Source: Myxococcota bacterium (lineage in GTDB: Bacteria; Myxococcota_A; Polyangia; Nannocystales; Nannocystaceae). Taken from it: a stretch of 64,000 nucleotides of DNA. Made by a program: the position numbers and the translations under genes. Under the pieces are notes generated by a model that was not told where the DNA came from, did not search any database, and was given only the letters and a program-made list of their open reading frames with translations. The DNA lies in contig JBCCHT010000014.1 of the NCBI GenBank assembly GCA_039028615.1, forward strand, positions 96,001 to 160,000, read 5' to 3'. Below, piece by piece: positions 1-14,044 of this stretch; the stretch's first letter is position 1; each line of letters starts with the position of its first letter.

Positions 1-1037
1 GCTCCGTCGCCGAGCAGCGACCGCGCTGCAGTGGTGGCCGAGCGCGTCGACGAGCCGCTGTCTCGCCACAACAGCGGCGGCACGGGCCCGGTGGATGCGA
101 CGTCGACGGTGGCCATGGCCGCGGCGAGGTGTTGGTCGGCAAACGCGGAAAAAGGGCCGCTGCGGGGCAGCAAGATCCCGATCCCGGCCGATACGCTCCC
201 GCAGTCTTCGACCCACGTCGGGCTGCCCTCGGGTACGGGCTCACCCAGGCGCGCGGCCAAGCAGTCGCGGCCGGGCGAGCTGGGCATGTCGGCCACGACC
301 TCGGCCAGCTCGGGGGGCGGCACGCTGTCGGCCAAGAGCGCCAGGCGGTGCTCGACCCAAAGCGCCGTGGGCTGCCCGTCGTCGAGCCCCGCGCGCCACT
401 GGCCCAAGCCCACGAGCGCACCCGGGAGGTCACCGTTGCGATCGGCCGCGATGGCCCGCAGGCCCTGCTCTTCCACCGGATCGAGACCGCCGCCCGCGTG
501 CACCAATGGCTCCTCTAGCGCTTCCAGCGCCAAGGTCGGATCACCCCCTCGCACGAGGGCTCTCACTCGCAGCCGTGCGAGCTCGATCATCACGGCCGGA
601 GGCTGCGGGCCAGGGTCCGGCTCGGCCTGACCGAGCTCCAGCCCTTCTTCCGCCGACACGATCGCCTCGGCATCGGATCCGTTGAGATACGCGTGCTCGG
701 CCTTGGCCCGAAACGCGGCCCGGTGAACGTTGGCGGGAGCCTCCGTCGCCAGCAGCCGTTCGGCGGCTGCGCGCACGCCCTCCCCCGCCGGATCGGCCTG
801 CCACTGCGAGTCCATCTCGTCCCAGGCCGCTCGCACGGCTGGATCCATCGCATGGCGATTGACGGTGGGGTCATCGGTGGGCCGGGTCACCACCGGGGTC
901 GGCTGCGATGCGCGACAGTTGGCGCCTCCGCCCGCGACACAGACCAGGGCGAGCACCGCGAGGGTGCGGGCCCGGGCGAAGCGGCGAAACGGACCGGAGG
1001 CTCGGCGGGGTGCGAAAATGGGAGGGAGAACCGACAA
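1..1037 (-). CDS. LpoA/periplasmic-binding-protein-like exported protein, N-terminal part (runs off the left edge)
   Basis: Not in the ORF track because it is truncated. Manual minus-strand translation from TTG 1037 is open to base 1: signal-like RRFARARTLAVLALVCVAGGGANC, a helical region, then IGILLPRSGPFSAF..LLWRDSG, typical of type I periplasmic-binding/LpoA domains. Start uncertain. Confidence 0.6.
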   Translation of the reverse strand, partial: MSVLPPIFAPRRASGPFRRFARARTLAVLALVCVAGGGANCRASQPTPVVTRPTDDPTVNRHAMDPAVRAAWDEMDSQWQADPAGEGVRAAAERLLATEAPANVHRAAFRAKAEHAYLNGSDAEAIVSAEEGLELGQAEPDPGPQPPAVMIELARLRVRALVRGGDPTLALEALEEPLVHAGGGLDPVEEQGLRAIAADRNGDLPGALVGLGQWRAGLDDGQPTALWVEHRLALLADSVPPPELAEVVADMPSSPGRDCLAARLGEPVPEGSPTWVEDCGSVSAGIGILLPRSGPFSAFADQHLAAAMATVDVASTGPVPPLLWRDSGSSTRSATTAARSLLGDG

Positions 1038-1088
1038 TGACGCGCCTCGAAGCGACCCCGTGGCCAGCGGCCCAGGCATCGGGAGGGC

Positions 1089-2462
1089 ATGTTATATGAA
1101 GTTCGAATGAAGGGCCGCGACGCGGAACAGTTCGAGGATCTCGGCTTCGGCGAGACCAGCCGGTACGCGGCACACCTGGACCGTGGCTGGGCCATGCTGG
1201 AACGCGGAGATCCCGCAGCCGCGCGAAGCTCGGCCGAGCACGCCCAAGAGGCGCGCCCCGACGATCCCGATGCCGTGGTGCTGCTGGGCGCGGTCGCGCT
1301 CGCCGAGGGCGACGCCGAGGAGAGCCTGCGCAGCTACGACCGAGCCGTCGAGCTCGACCCCGAGTATCTCGAGCCCTACACCGCGGCCGCCCAGGTCTGC
1401 CTGTTCGAGCTCGACGATCCCAACCGTGGTCTGCGTTACTGCCTCGACGCGCTCGAGCTCGACACGCTGGGGCCCTTCGAGCGCCTCGACGTGCACCTGG
1501 TCGCGGCCGAGTGCGAGATCGCGGGGCAGCTCGACGCCGACGCCCAGCGCCGGGTGGCCAGCCTCGACGAAGAATCCGTGCTGATGAGCACCCTGCGGCT
1601 CAGCGTGCGCCCCGACCTGCTCGAAGAGGTCGATCGCGACGATCCGCAGAGCGTGGAGGCGGTGGCCTGGGCGTACCTGTGCCTCGACCCCGAGGGCGAC
1701 GAGCTCGACGAAGAGGAGCGCACCGAGCGGGTGGCGCGGGCCCTCGGCCTCGCGTTCCGCCTCGCTCGCACCCGGCTCGATCTCGGCGACGTCGAGACCA
1801 CCACCGAGACGCTCGACGAGCTGCTGCGCTGGTACCCGGGCGAGGCCGATGCCTGGTACCTCGCCAGCGAGGCCCATCACCGCGCCGGTCGCCTGCCCGA
1901 AGCGTGCGTGTCGGCGGTCAAGACCCTCGAGCTCGACCACGAACTGGAGCTGCCCGAGTGGGTGCCCTCGTTTACGCTGGTGCATCGCCGGGTGGTGCAG
2001 CTGCTCAAGGACTCGCCCGAGCCCGCGCTCGAGGCCCTGGTCGACACCGGTCATCCGGTCACGGTGATGGTGCGCGACACCCCTGCCCCCGAGCTGGTGA
2101 TGGAGGGGGTCGATCCGCGAGCCCCCGTGCTGGCCCTCGCCGCGCGGCCCATCCCGCTGACGGAGGCCGAGGCCAAGCAAGACCCCGGCCCGCCCCAGCT
2201 GACGGGCATGGCGGTGTACCGCCGCAACCTCGCCCGCTTCGCTCGCAACGCGGAGCACTTCGAGCAGGAGCTGCGCCACACCGTGCTCGACGAGCTGGCC
2301 GCCTTCGTCGGCCTGGGTGACTCGGCCCGCGAACGACTCGGCCTGCCCTCGCTCGGGCTCGACGAAGACGATCCCATGGCCCCGCCCGTGCCCGAAGAAC
2401 CCGACGACGGCTCGAGCAAGCGCAAGCGCGGCCGCAGACGACGTTCCCGGGCGCTGAACTAG
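1089..2462 (+). CDS. TPR-repeat protein with C-terminal degenerate zincin-like (DUF1025-type) domain
   Basis: TPR-like repeats (PDDPDAVVLLG, YDRAVELDPEY, PGEADAWYLAS). C-terminal VYRRNL..ELRHTVLDELAAFVGL resembles the minimal zincin signature but lacks HExxH. Confidence 0.7.
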   Translation: MLYEVRMKGRDAEQFEDLGFGETSRYAAHLDRGWAMLERGDPAAARSSAEHAQEARPDDPDAVVLLGAVALAEGDAEESLRSYDRAVELDPEYLEPYTAAAQVCLFELDDPNRGLRYCLDALELDTLGPFERLDVHLVAAECEIAGQLDADAQRRVASLDEESVLMSTLRLSVRPDLLEEVDRDDPQSVEAVAWAYLCLDPEGDELDEEERTERVARALGLAFRLARTRLDLGDVETTTETLDELLRWYPGEADAWYLASEAHHRAGRLPEACVSAVKTLELDHELELPEWVPSFTLVHRRVVQLLKDSPEPALEALVDTGHPVTVMVRDTPAPELVMEGVDPRAPVLALAARPIPLTEAEAKQDPGPPQLTGMAVYRRNLARFARNAEHFEQELRHTVLDELAAFVGLGDSARERLGLPSLGLDEDDPMAPPVPEEPDDGSSKRKRGRRRRSRALN

Positions 2463-2582
2463 CCGTTTCGGGTCCGCGCGCCGACACTGAAATGTCGTGA
2501 AAGAAAGCCGGCTGCAGGGCCGCTTTTGAATGGATTGCTCGATACAGCCGCTGTGCCGCCATTGCTACGGTCGCCGCGCCCG

Positions 2583-2765
2583 ATGACGCAGTCCGAGACG
2601 ACGCTCGAAGACCTGTTTCCCGGAATCCAAGGACGCATGGAGCTGGTGCGGGTCATGCTGCATCTGCGCATGCCCCAGCTGGCCGATCTGCCCCGCGACA
2701 CGCCGCTCGACGCCGAGATGGTGATGCGGCTGGAGACGGCGCGCGAGCTGGTGGCCCGGGGCTGA
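2583..2765 (+). CDS. small hypothetical protein
   Basis: ATG 2583 (MTQSETTLEDLFPG), GC3-rich codons, fills the gap before the convergent dnaE. Confidence 0.5.
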   Translation: MTQSETTLEDLFPGIQGRMELVRVMLHLRMPQLADLPRDTPLDAEMVMRLETARELVARG

Positions 2766-2795
2766 CCCGAGCCGACCAGGCCCCTGCCCCCCGGG

Positions 2796-6434
<3,639 letters not shown>

Positions 6435-6714
6435 CGGCCCCAACCTACCCGAACGCCGCAGGGCGCACGAGCCGGACACCGGCCCGAAGGTCGCCCGACG
6501 ATCCCCCGCAGACGGCCGCCATCGCCGGTCTCGCAGCGATCGAGCAAAACCGCGGGCCGCGCTGCGCCGCGGCGTGCGAACGACCCCACGACAGTGAGTG
6601 GAGATCGCATCGAGGGACGTCCGGCCCCGGTGACACCCGTCGAGGGCTCTGCTAGCGTCCCCGCGCTCGCGCAACGCGCGGCATTTCCTCCTCACTCGAC
6701 AGCTGTATTTTCCG

Positions 6715-7128
6715 ATGCAACGGACACTCGCTCTCATCAAGCCCGACGCCTACGCCGCTGGACACCAGGGCGCCATCATCGCCCGGATCCAGGAGTCTGG
6801 ACTCAAGGTCATCGGGCTCAAGGTCCTGCACCTGACCGAGGCCCAAGCCCAGGGCTTCTACCACGTGCACAAGGAGCGCCCCTTCTTCGGCGACCTGGTC
6901 AAGTTCATGACCGAGGGCAAGATCGTGGCCATGGTTCTCGAGGGTGACGGCGCCATCAAGCGCTGGCGCGACCTCATGGGCCCCACCGACGCCACCAAGG
7001 CCGAAAAGGGCACCATCCGTGGTGACTTCGGCACCAGCATCGAGCGCAACGCCAGCCACGGCTCCGACGCCGTGGACACGGCTGCCTTCGAGGTCGGCTA
7101 CTACTTCGCGGGCCTCGAGCTCGCCTGA
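6715..7128 (+). CDS. ndk: nucleoside diphosphate kinase
   Basis: RTLALIKPDA, FYHVHKERPFF, GTIRGDFG, RNASHGSD with the catalytic His. Confidence 0.97.
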   Translation: MQRTLALIKPDAYAAGHQGAIIARIQESGLKVIGLKVLHLTEAQAQGFYHVHKERPFFGDLVKFMTEGKIVAMVLEGDGAIKRWRDLMGPTDATKAEKGTIRGDFGTSIERNASHGSDAVDTAAFEVGYYFAGLELA

Positions 7129-7164
7129 ACCCCGCGAACCTTCGCGGCAACGAAAGGGCCGAGC

Positions 7165-8292
7165 ATGGGTGCCTCCTCGCTAGTGGCGATACGTCCGCCT
7201 CGCGAGGGGCTGCCCAAGCCGGCCCTTCCCAATTTGCGCGGCCTCGACCGCGACGAGCTCGGCGAATGGATGGCCGAGCACCGCCCGGGACCCCGCTTTC
7301 GTGCCACCCAGGTCTTCGAATGGCTGCACCGTCACCGGGCGCAGCGCTTCGAGGACATGAGCAACGTGGCCCGGGCCGACCGGACCCACCTCGCCGAGGC
7401 CACGAGCCTCGATGCGCTCACCGTCGACACCGTGCAGCGCTCGAGCGACGGCACCCGCAAGCTGCGGCTGCGCACCCTCGACGGCCACGCCATCGAGAGC
7501 GTGCTGATCCCCAACGAGGGCCGCGGGCTGACCCAGTGCATCTCCTCCATGGTCGGCTGCTCGCTGACCTGCCGCTTTTGCGCCACCGCGACCCTGGGCT
7601 TCATTCGCAACCTCGCCACGTGGGAAATCGTGGACCAGGTCTATCGCGCCCAGGACATGCTGGCCCAAGAGGCCGCGGACGCGCAGGCCGAGTACACCGC
7701 CCGGATCACCAACGTGGTGTTCATGGGCATGGGCGAGCCACTACACAACTACGCCCAGGTCCGCCGCGCGCTGTCGATCCTCACCGACGAGCACGGGGCC
7801 GCCATCGCCGGGCGCCGGATTACCGTGTCCACCGCGGGCCTGGTCCCCGCCATCGAACGCTTCGGCCGTGAGGGTCTCGGGCAAGAGGTCGGCCTGGCGA
7901 TTTCGCTCAACGCCACCACCGACACGGTCCGCGACCACGTCATGCCGATCAACACGCGCTGGAAGATCGGCGAGCTGCTGGCCGCCGTGCGCAACGTGCC
8001 CATCAACCGGCGGCGGCGGATTACCTTCGAGTATGTCTTACTGGCCGGGGTCAACGACGATCCAGCCGATGCACGCCGCCTCGGCGGCTTGTTGCGCGAT
8101 ACTGGAGGCCAGCTCAACGTGATTCCGTTCAATCCGCACCCCGGGGCCCCCTTTGCCCGTCCCGAACCGGCCCGCGTTCAGGCATTCGTCCAACAATGCC
8201 GTCGTCAGGGCCTACAGGTGCACGTGCGAACGCCCCGAGGTGACGACATTGCGGCCGCGTGCGGTCAGCTGGCTCTGGAGGACTCCAAGTGA
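7165..8292 (+). CDS. rlmN: 23S rRNA (adenine-2503-C2) methyltransferase RlmN
   Basis: CISSMVGCSLTCRFCAT radical SAM motif, NVVFMGMGEP, TFEYVLL, DIAAACGQL; ndk-rlmN order is conserved. Confidence 0.95.
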   Translation: MGASSLVAIRPPREGLPKPALPNLRGLDRDELGEWMAEHRPGPRFRATQVFEWLHRHRAQRFEDMSNVARADRTHLAEATSLDALTVDTVQRSSDGTRKLRLRTLDGHAIESVLIPNEGRGLTQCISSMVGCSLTCRFCATATLGFIRNLATWEIVDQVYRAQDMLAQEAADAQAEYTARITNVVFMGMGEPLHNYAQVRRALSILTDEHGAAIAGRRITVSTAGLVPAIERFGREGLGQEVGLAISLNATTDTVRDHVMPINTRWKIGELLAAVRNVPINRRRRITFEYVLLAGVNDDPADARRLGGLLRDTGGQLNVIPFNPHPGAPFARPEPARVQAFVQQCRRQGLQVHVRTPRGDDIAAACGQLALEDSK

Positions 8293-9353
8293 TGGTCAGC
8301 GCTGCCAACCTCGCCCTTGCCGCCGCCCTCGCGACCCCAACGGGCCAGCCCCTACCGCTGCGCCCGCGCGCCACCGTGACTCCGGCCCCGGCCCCTGCCC
8401 GGCTGGCGCAGTCCTGGGCGATGAACACCCTCGCCGAGCCCTCGCTGCAGTCTCGTGGCTCCGGGGCGCTGTCGGCCGATGAACAGGCCCGTCGCGACGC
8501 CGTGGCCCAGGCCCTGCTCGACGCCGAAGCGGCCGCCACCGAGCATCCCGAGACGGCCGAGGACGCGCTGCACGACGCCCTCGACCGCTTCTCCGAGGTC
8601 GCGCCGCTGGTCGGCGACGACGCCGACGCCCAAAAGGCCCGCACCTTCGCCCTGCTCGCGCTCGCCCGCACCTACCTCGTGCTCGAGCGCCCCGACGACG
8701 CCGCCGCCGTCATCGACGATGCGCTGCGGGCCGCCAGGGGCCAGGCCGTGCCCGCCAAGCAGTTCGGGCCCCAGCTCGGCGCTCTGCACGATGCGCGGAT
8801 GAAAGCGCTCGGGGGCCAGGCCAAGGCCACGCTCGTGCTCGACTGCACCAGTCCCTGCCGCGCGTGGGTCGACGAGCGCCCCTTCGACCCCGAATCGCCC
8901 GAACTGCTGCCCGGTGCGCACCGCGTCTGGGTCGAGTCCACCACCGCCGGCCAGCCCGTCGTCCGCGAAGACCTCGACCTCGCCGCCGGGCAAGAGGCGA
9001 CCGTGCGCTACGAGGTCGAGCTCCCGCCCGAGCCCGGGTCCGCCACCGCGACCCGTGCCGACGAGCCGCGACGGCTGCTGCCCCGCTGGGCGTCCGTGCT
9101 CGCGCTTTCGCTGGGCACTGGCCTCGCTGGAGCGGGGGGTGCCCTCGTAGCCATCGACCACCGCTGCCCCAGCACCCTGGCCGACCCGCGCAGCACCGAC
9201 TGCCTGAACATCCTGAACACCGACAGCGGCGGCTTCGCCCTCATCGGCTTCGGCAGCGTCACCGCCATCACCGCGGCGGTCATCCTCATCGTCGACGAAA
9301 TTCGCGACCGCCGGGCCGGCCCTTCGGGGTACGCGCACCTGCGGTCGCGGTGA
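8292..9353 (+). CDS. exported/membrane hypothetical protein (helical plus PEGA-like region, two C-terminal TM segments)
   Basis: ATG overlaps the rlmN stop (TGATG); N-terminal hydrophobic signal; C-terminal hydrophobic helices. Confidence 0.65.
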   Translation: MVSAANLALAAALATPTGQPLPLRPRATVTPAPAPARLAQSWAMNTLAEPSLQSRGSGALSADEQARRDAVAQALLDAEAAATEHPETAEDALHDALDRFSEVAPLVGDDADAQKARTFALLALARTYLVLERPDDAAAVIDDALRAARGQAVPAKQFGPQLGALHDARMKALGGQAKATLVLDCTSPCRAWVDERPFDPESPELLPGAHRVWVESTTAGQPVVREDLDLAAGQEATVRYEVELPPEPGSATATRADEPRRLLPRWASVLALSLGTGLAGAGGALVAIDHRCPSTLADPRSTDCLNILNTDSGGFALIGFGSVTAITAAVILIVDEIRDRRAGPSGYAHLRSR

Positions 9354-9355
9354 CA

Positions 9356-9775
9356 ATGCCGACCATGGCGACCCCCGAGTCGATCGAAGCCGAACTCGAC
9401 GCAATCGAACGACGCTGCCAGGCCTGGCGCGAGGCCTGGGCCGAACGAGACCGCACGCCCAGCGCCTCCATCTCCGAGGTCCTGTCCGCCCTCCACCTCG
9501 GCGAGCCGCTCACCGAGCGCCTCAACGTCCGCCTCACCGAAGGCCGCCGCGAAATCGAAAACTCCATCGCCCGTCTCGCCGCCACCACGGCCGGGGCCCT
9601 GGCCAAGCTCGCCCGCGACGGTGACACCCAGGCCATCGAGCGCCGCAGCCACGAGACGTTCCTGCGCATCGGTCAGCACGAAGAGCACTTCGACACCAAG
9701 CTGTCGGAGCTACGACCGCTCGTGCAGCGCTACCTGAGGCTCGCCCGGGCCCTGCAGCGCACGCCCGGCGCGTAG
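9356..9775 (+). CDS. hypothetical helical/coiled-coil protein
   Basis: ATG 2 nt after the previous stop; strong GC3 bias (MPTMATPESIEAELDAIE...). Confidence 0.65.
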   Translation: MPTMATPESIEAELDAIERRCQAWREAWAERDRTPSASISEVLSALHLGEPLTERLNVRLTEGRREIENSIARLAATTAGALAKLARDGDTQAIERRSHETFLRIGQHEEHFDTKLSELRPLVQRYLRLARALQRTPGA

Positions 9776-9872
9776 GCGTCTCGAGGTCGTCCAAGGCCGC
9801 CCACGTGGCGAGTCCGCGGTCCCGCCGCCCTCCACAACTGCTCAACACGCGGTCCGTAGGGTTGCGATCGAT

Positions 9873-11660
9873 ATGATCCTCCTGCCGGCCGTAGACATAA
9901 AACGAGACCTCCTCCCCGCCGCGCTGCTGCTCGCGACCACCACGGGCACGCTGTCGGCCTGCTCGGACGACGCGAGTACGACGGAGACTCCGCGGGCCTG
10001 CGATGCCGAACCCGAGCTGCGGACTACCCCCGATGGCGTCGAGTTCGTGCGCACTCCCGACACGTGCTTCGACGACCTGCCCGACTGGCCCTATGAACCG
10101 CACTATGTCGAGCTCGACGGCCTGCGGCAGGCCTATGTCGACGAAGGACCCGCGGACGGCCCCGTCGTGCTGCTGCTCCACGGGCAACCCTCCTGGTCCT
10201 ATCTGTATCGAACGATGATTCCCGTGCTCGCGGACGCCGGGTTCCGCGTCATCGCCATGGACCACCTGGGCATGGGCCGCTCCGACAAGCCCACCGACAT
10301 CTCTTCGTACAGCTATGTGGGCCACGCCGATCGCCTGACCTCGTTCATCGAGGCGCTGGATCTGCGGGACATCAACCTGTTCGTGCAGGACTGGGGCAGC
10401 CTCATCGGGCTGCGCGTCGCGGGGCTCCACGCCGATCGCTTCGCTCGCATCGCGGTCGGCAACGGCACCCTGCCCAACATCCCCGACGGAATCACCCCCT
10501 ACCCGCCGGTCGAAGACCCCGACGTGGAGGACGACCTGCCCTCCCCGTTCGTGGGCACGCCGGACCAGCAGCTCCCCTACTACGACGGTTGCGAGCCGCT
10601 GCGGGAGGCGGACCCGAACTTCTTCGGCGACTGGATGACCTACGCCATGAAGGGCTCGTCGTTCCGTCCCTCGGAGGTCCTCGAAGCCTTGACCTGGTTC
10701 CCCGTCCCGCCCGAGCAGGAAGCGGCCTACGACGCGCCCTTCCCCAGCCGCATCTACCTGGCGGGCGCGCGGACCTTCCCCTCGCTCGTCAACGAGCTGC
10801 CCGGGGCCAACGTCGAGGCCTGGGCGGGGCTCACGAGTTTCGAGCGTCCGTTCCTCACGATCTGGGCGGACAACGACGAGGGCAACCTGGGTCGCTGCGA
10901 GACGCAGCAGCAGCTCATCATGTCCGTGCCGGGCGCGGCCGGCCTTCCCCACGCTCGTCTGCCCGAGGCCAGCCACTTCCTGCAGGACGACCAAGGCGTC
11001 GAGATCGCCGAGCGCTTGGTCCCGTTCTTCGGCGACGAGATCGAGCCGATCGCCCCCTTCGGCGCCGGCGATCGGTACTGCGAGATTCTCCTGGTGCACC
11101 TGAACGACGGCGATGTCGAAGCCGAGGTCTGGGGCACACAGAACTTGAACACCTGCCCCGCCGAGACCTGGGAGGCCATCGATCCCGACGCGATTCAGAT
11201 GGAGACCGGCGCCCTGGCGGTGACCATGAACGGCCCGCGAGTGTGGCTCGCACCGATCTCCGAAGCGAGCGGCATGGACATCTCCGATCGCCAGCGCTTT
11301 GGAGACCTCGAGATGCGACGCCTGGCCACGGTCGCCCTCGAACCCTCCGATCTCGAGATGGAGCGGGGCCCCTACATCGAAGCGACCGTCATGCGCACGA
11401 CGACCTACCGCTTCGAAACCGGGACCGAGGTCTATGAGCTGACCGCGCCCGACGGCAGCGTCTACGTCATGCAGTCGATGTCTCAAATCGTCGACCCCGA
11501 TCTGACGGTCGACCAGCTCCCCGACCTGGGTCAGGCCCTGACGCTCCCCGACGGCTGGAGCTACGCGGCACGCACCGTGGAGGAGCCCCTCGAGGTGGCC
11601 TCGGAGGGGGCCGCCACCGTCATCGAGGATGACCTGAACAACGTCTACCAGCGCCGATGA
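9873..11660 (+). CDS. haloalkane dehalogenase-family lipoprotein with extra C-terminal domain
   Basis: FVRTPD..F, LLLHGQPSWSYLYR, GMGRSDKP, nucleophile VQDWG, ASHFLQDD, lipobox LSAC, and about 200 aa of extra C-terminal sequence. Confidence 0.85.
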   Translation: MILLPAVDIKRDLLPAALLLATTTGTLSACSDDASTTETPRACDAEPELRTTPDGVEFVRTPDTCFDDLPDWPYEPHYVELDGLRQAYVDEGPADGPVVLLLHGQPSWSYLYRTMIPVLADAGFRVIAMDHLGMGRSDKPTDISSYSYVGHADRLTSFIEALDLRDINLFVQDWGSLIGLRVAGLHADRFARIAVGNGTLPNIPDGITPYPPVEDPDVEDDLPSPFVGTPDQQLPYYDGCEPLREADPNFFGDWMTYAMKGSSFRPSEVLEALTWFPVPPEQEAAYDAPFPSRIYLAGARTFPSLVNELPGANVEAWAGLTSFERPFLTIWADNDEGNLGRCETQQQLIMSVPGAAGLPHARLPEASHFLQDDQGVEIAERLVPFFGDEIEPIAPFGAGDRYCEILLVHLNDGDVEAEVWGTQNLNTCPAETWEAIDPDAIQMETGALAVTMNGPRVWLAPISEASGMDISDRQRFGDLEMRRLATVALEPSDLEMERGPYIEATVMRTTTYRFETGTEVYELTAPDGSVYVMQSMSQIVDPDLTVDQLPDLGQALTLPDGWSYAARTVEEPLEVASEGAATVIEDDLNNVYQRR

Positions 11661-11722
11661 CGACGGGGCGTGAAACAGAGGATGCGAGGCCGAGCGGAAT
11701 CCCTCATCGTTGGAAGGCGAGC

Positions 11723-12406
11723 ATGAGCGAAGAGCCCCACATTCTCATCGTGGAGGACGACCACGGCGTCGTGCAGGGGCTCGTGCGGGGCCTGCAGCAG
11801 GCGGGCTTTCGAACGAGCCTCGCGATGTCGGGAGACGAGGGCCTCGAGCACATCCTGACCGCGCAGTACGACCTCGTGCTGCTCGACCTCATGCTGCCCG
11901 AGCGGACCGGATTCGAGGTGCTCGAAGCCATGCGGACCCGGGTGTCCGTGCCCGTCATCGTGCTCTCCGCCCGCACCGACCTGCCCGCGCGGTTGCGGAG
12001 CTTCGAGACGGGCGCCGTCGACTTCGTCTCCAAGCCCTTCTTCATGGAGGAGCTCGTCGCCCGCATTCACTCGCGCCTCGATCGCGGGCGAAGTCAGGAG
12101 CGCAGGCGGCTCGTGCTGGCCGATACCGTCCTCGATCTCGATGCTCGCGTGGTGCGACGCGACGACGACGATCTGGGCCTGACCGGCTACGAGTTCAACG
12201 TGCTGGCGTTGCTTCGTCAGCGCGCCGGCCGAGCGCAGACGCGGGCCCAGATCGCCGAAGACGCGCTGTCCGAAGACGGCGATTGCGGTGCCCGGACCGT
12301 CGACAGCCACATCTCCCGGATCCGCAAGAAGCTCGGTCCCCAGGCCGCGCAGCGGATCAAGACCGTCTGGGGCATCGGCTATCGGTGCGATCCGGAGGGC
12401 GCGTGA
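11723..12406 (+). CDS. OmpR-family response regulator
   Basis: ILIVEDD, LLDLMLP, KPF, winged helix RTVDSHISRIRKK..TVWGIGY. Confidence 0.93.
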   Translation: MSEEPHILIVEDDHGVVQGLVRGLQQAGFRTSLAMSGDEGLEHILTAQYDLVLLDLMLPERTGFEVLEAMRTRVSVPVIVLSARTDLPARLRSFETGAVDFVSKPFFMEELVARIHSRLDRGRSQERRRLVLADTVLDLDARVVRRDDDDLGLTGYEFNVLALLRQRAGRAQTRAQIAEDALSEDGDCGARTVDSHISRIRKKLGPQAAQRIKTVWGIGYRCDPEGA

Positions 12407-13734
12407 ACCCGCCCTTCCTCCGCCGGCTGCTCATCGGGGCCGCTGCGGTGTGCGCGATGGTGGGCCTGCTGTTCATCGTCACCCTGAACACGGTGCGGCC
12501 GGCCATTCACAGCGCCTCCGTGAAGCACCAGCTCGGCAGTATCGACCACACCACGTGCAACGCAGATCCCGAGTCGTGGGGATGGGCGTCCGGCGACCTT
12601 TCGTTCTTCGCCTACGATCGCGACGGGCGGTCGCTCAACCCCGCTGCCCCCCCGATCGAGCCGCATCTCCTGAGCCAGGCGCTCGCCACAGACGGGGTGG
12701 GAATGGAGACTTCACCGGACCGGATCTCGTTCGTCATGCGGCGCGCATCGGAGGGGCCCTGCGCGGTGCTGCGGGCCACGTCGAGGAATCTGGACGCCAC
12801 CATCTCGTCACGGATCCGCGGCGCGCTCGCGATCGCCATCGTCGTCGCGATGTCGGCCGCCGTGCTCGGCACCTACCTGCTCGTCGTGCGACCGCTGCGG
12901 TCTCGGATCGAGGAGGTCGCCACCGCGGCTCGAAGTGTGGGCAGCGACTCGTTCGAGCCCCGACCGAGGGCCACCGACGCGCTGGGCCACATCGCCGACG
13001 TGCTCGCGCGAAGCCACGAACGGCTCACGGATGCACGCGGCGCGCTCGAGGCTCGAAACCAAGCGCTCGAGCAACACCTCGCGGGCGTGGCCCACGACCT
13101 GCGGACACCGCTGGCCAGCATGCACCTCGCGCTGGAAGCCCTGGCGACCGAATCGCGCGGGGCCGTCCGGGACGACGCTCGACGTGCGCTCGCCGACGCC
13201 GTGTTCCTGTCCTCGATGGTCGAGAACCTCCACCAAGCCGCGCGGCTGCGCCACGAGGTCGACGTCACCTCCGGCCGCGTCGAGCTGTCCGACCTCGTCC
13301 GCCGCGTGGAGAAGCGATTCGCCATCGTCGGTCGCCATGCCGGAGTCGAGGTCGCCGCCAACACCCCCGAGCGAGAGGTCTGGGTCGCCTGTACTCCGGC
13401 CCTGGCCGAGCGCGCCGTCGCGAACCTCGTGCAGAACGCGGTCGAGCACAACGACGAGACGGGACATGTCGCCGTCGCGCTCTCGCTCGAAGACTCGGGG
13501 CGTCGGTTCCGGTTGGTGGTCACGGACGACGGCCCCGGCATGCCGCAGGAGGCCATGGCCGACCTGCACACCGAGTCGTTTCTCCTCGACGAGGCTCGCC
13601 CGCGCGGACCGGGGATGGGCACGCTCATCACCAAGGAGGTCGCGCGTCGAGCCGGATGGTCCGTCCGCTACGCGCCCGTGGACCCGACGGGGCTCGAGGT
13701 CCAGCTCGAAGGACCCGTGCTCGATGGGGAGTGA
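12403..13734 (+). CDS. membrane sensor histidine kinase
   Basis: GTG overlaps the regulator stop; two TM segments; H-box AHDLRTPL, N-box NLVQNAVEH, DDGPG, GPGMG. Confidence 0.9.
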   Translation: MNPPFLRRLLIGAAAVCAMVGLLFIVTLNTVRPAIHSASVKHQLGSIDHTTCNADPESWGWASGDLSFFAYDRDGRSLNPAAPPIEPHLLSQALATDGVGMETSPDRISFVMRRASEGPCAVLRATSRNLDATISSRIRGALAIAIVVAMSAAVLGTYLLVVRPLRSRIEEVATAARSVGSDSFEPRPRATDALGHIADVLARSHERLTDARGALEARNQALEQHLAGVAHDLRTPLASMHLALEALATESRGAVRDDARRALADAVFLSSMVENLHQAARLRHEVDVTSGRVELSDLVRRVEKRFAIVGRHAGVEVAANTPEREVWVACTPALAERAVANLVQNAVEHNDETGHVAVALSLEDSGRRFRLVVTDDGPGMPQEAMADLHTESFLLDEARPRGPGMGTLITKEVARRAGWSVRYAPVDPTGLEVQLEGPVLDGE

Positions 13735-13769
13735 CCCGGAGGCTCGAGCTCGAGGACACGCCAATAGGG

Positions 13770-13921
<152 letters not shown>

Positions 13922-14044
13922 AAAAGTGAGAACGGACTCTAGCCGAGGCCGGGACTCCGGTCCACCGCCAAAGGTCTGGAGGTCACCGGGTGTTTCGATG
14001 CCGCGGGACCGAGAGATCGCGTTGCACCCGGGTAAACCCGAGGC

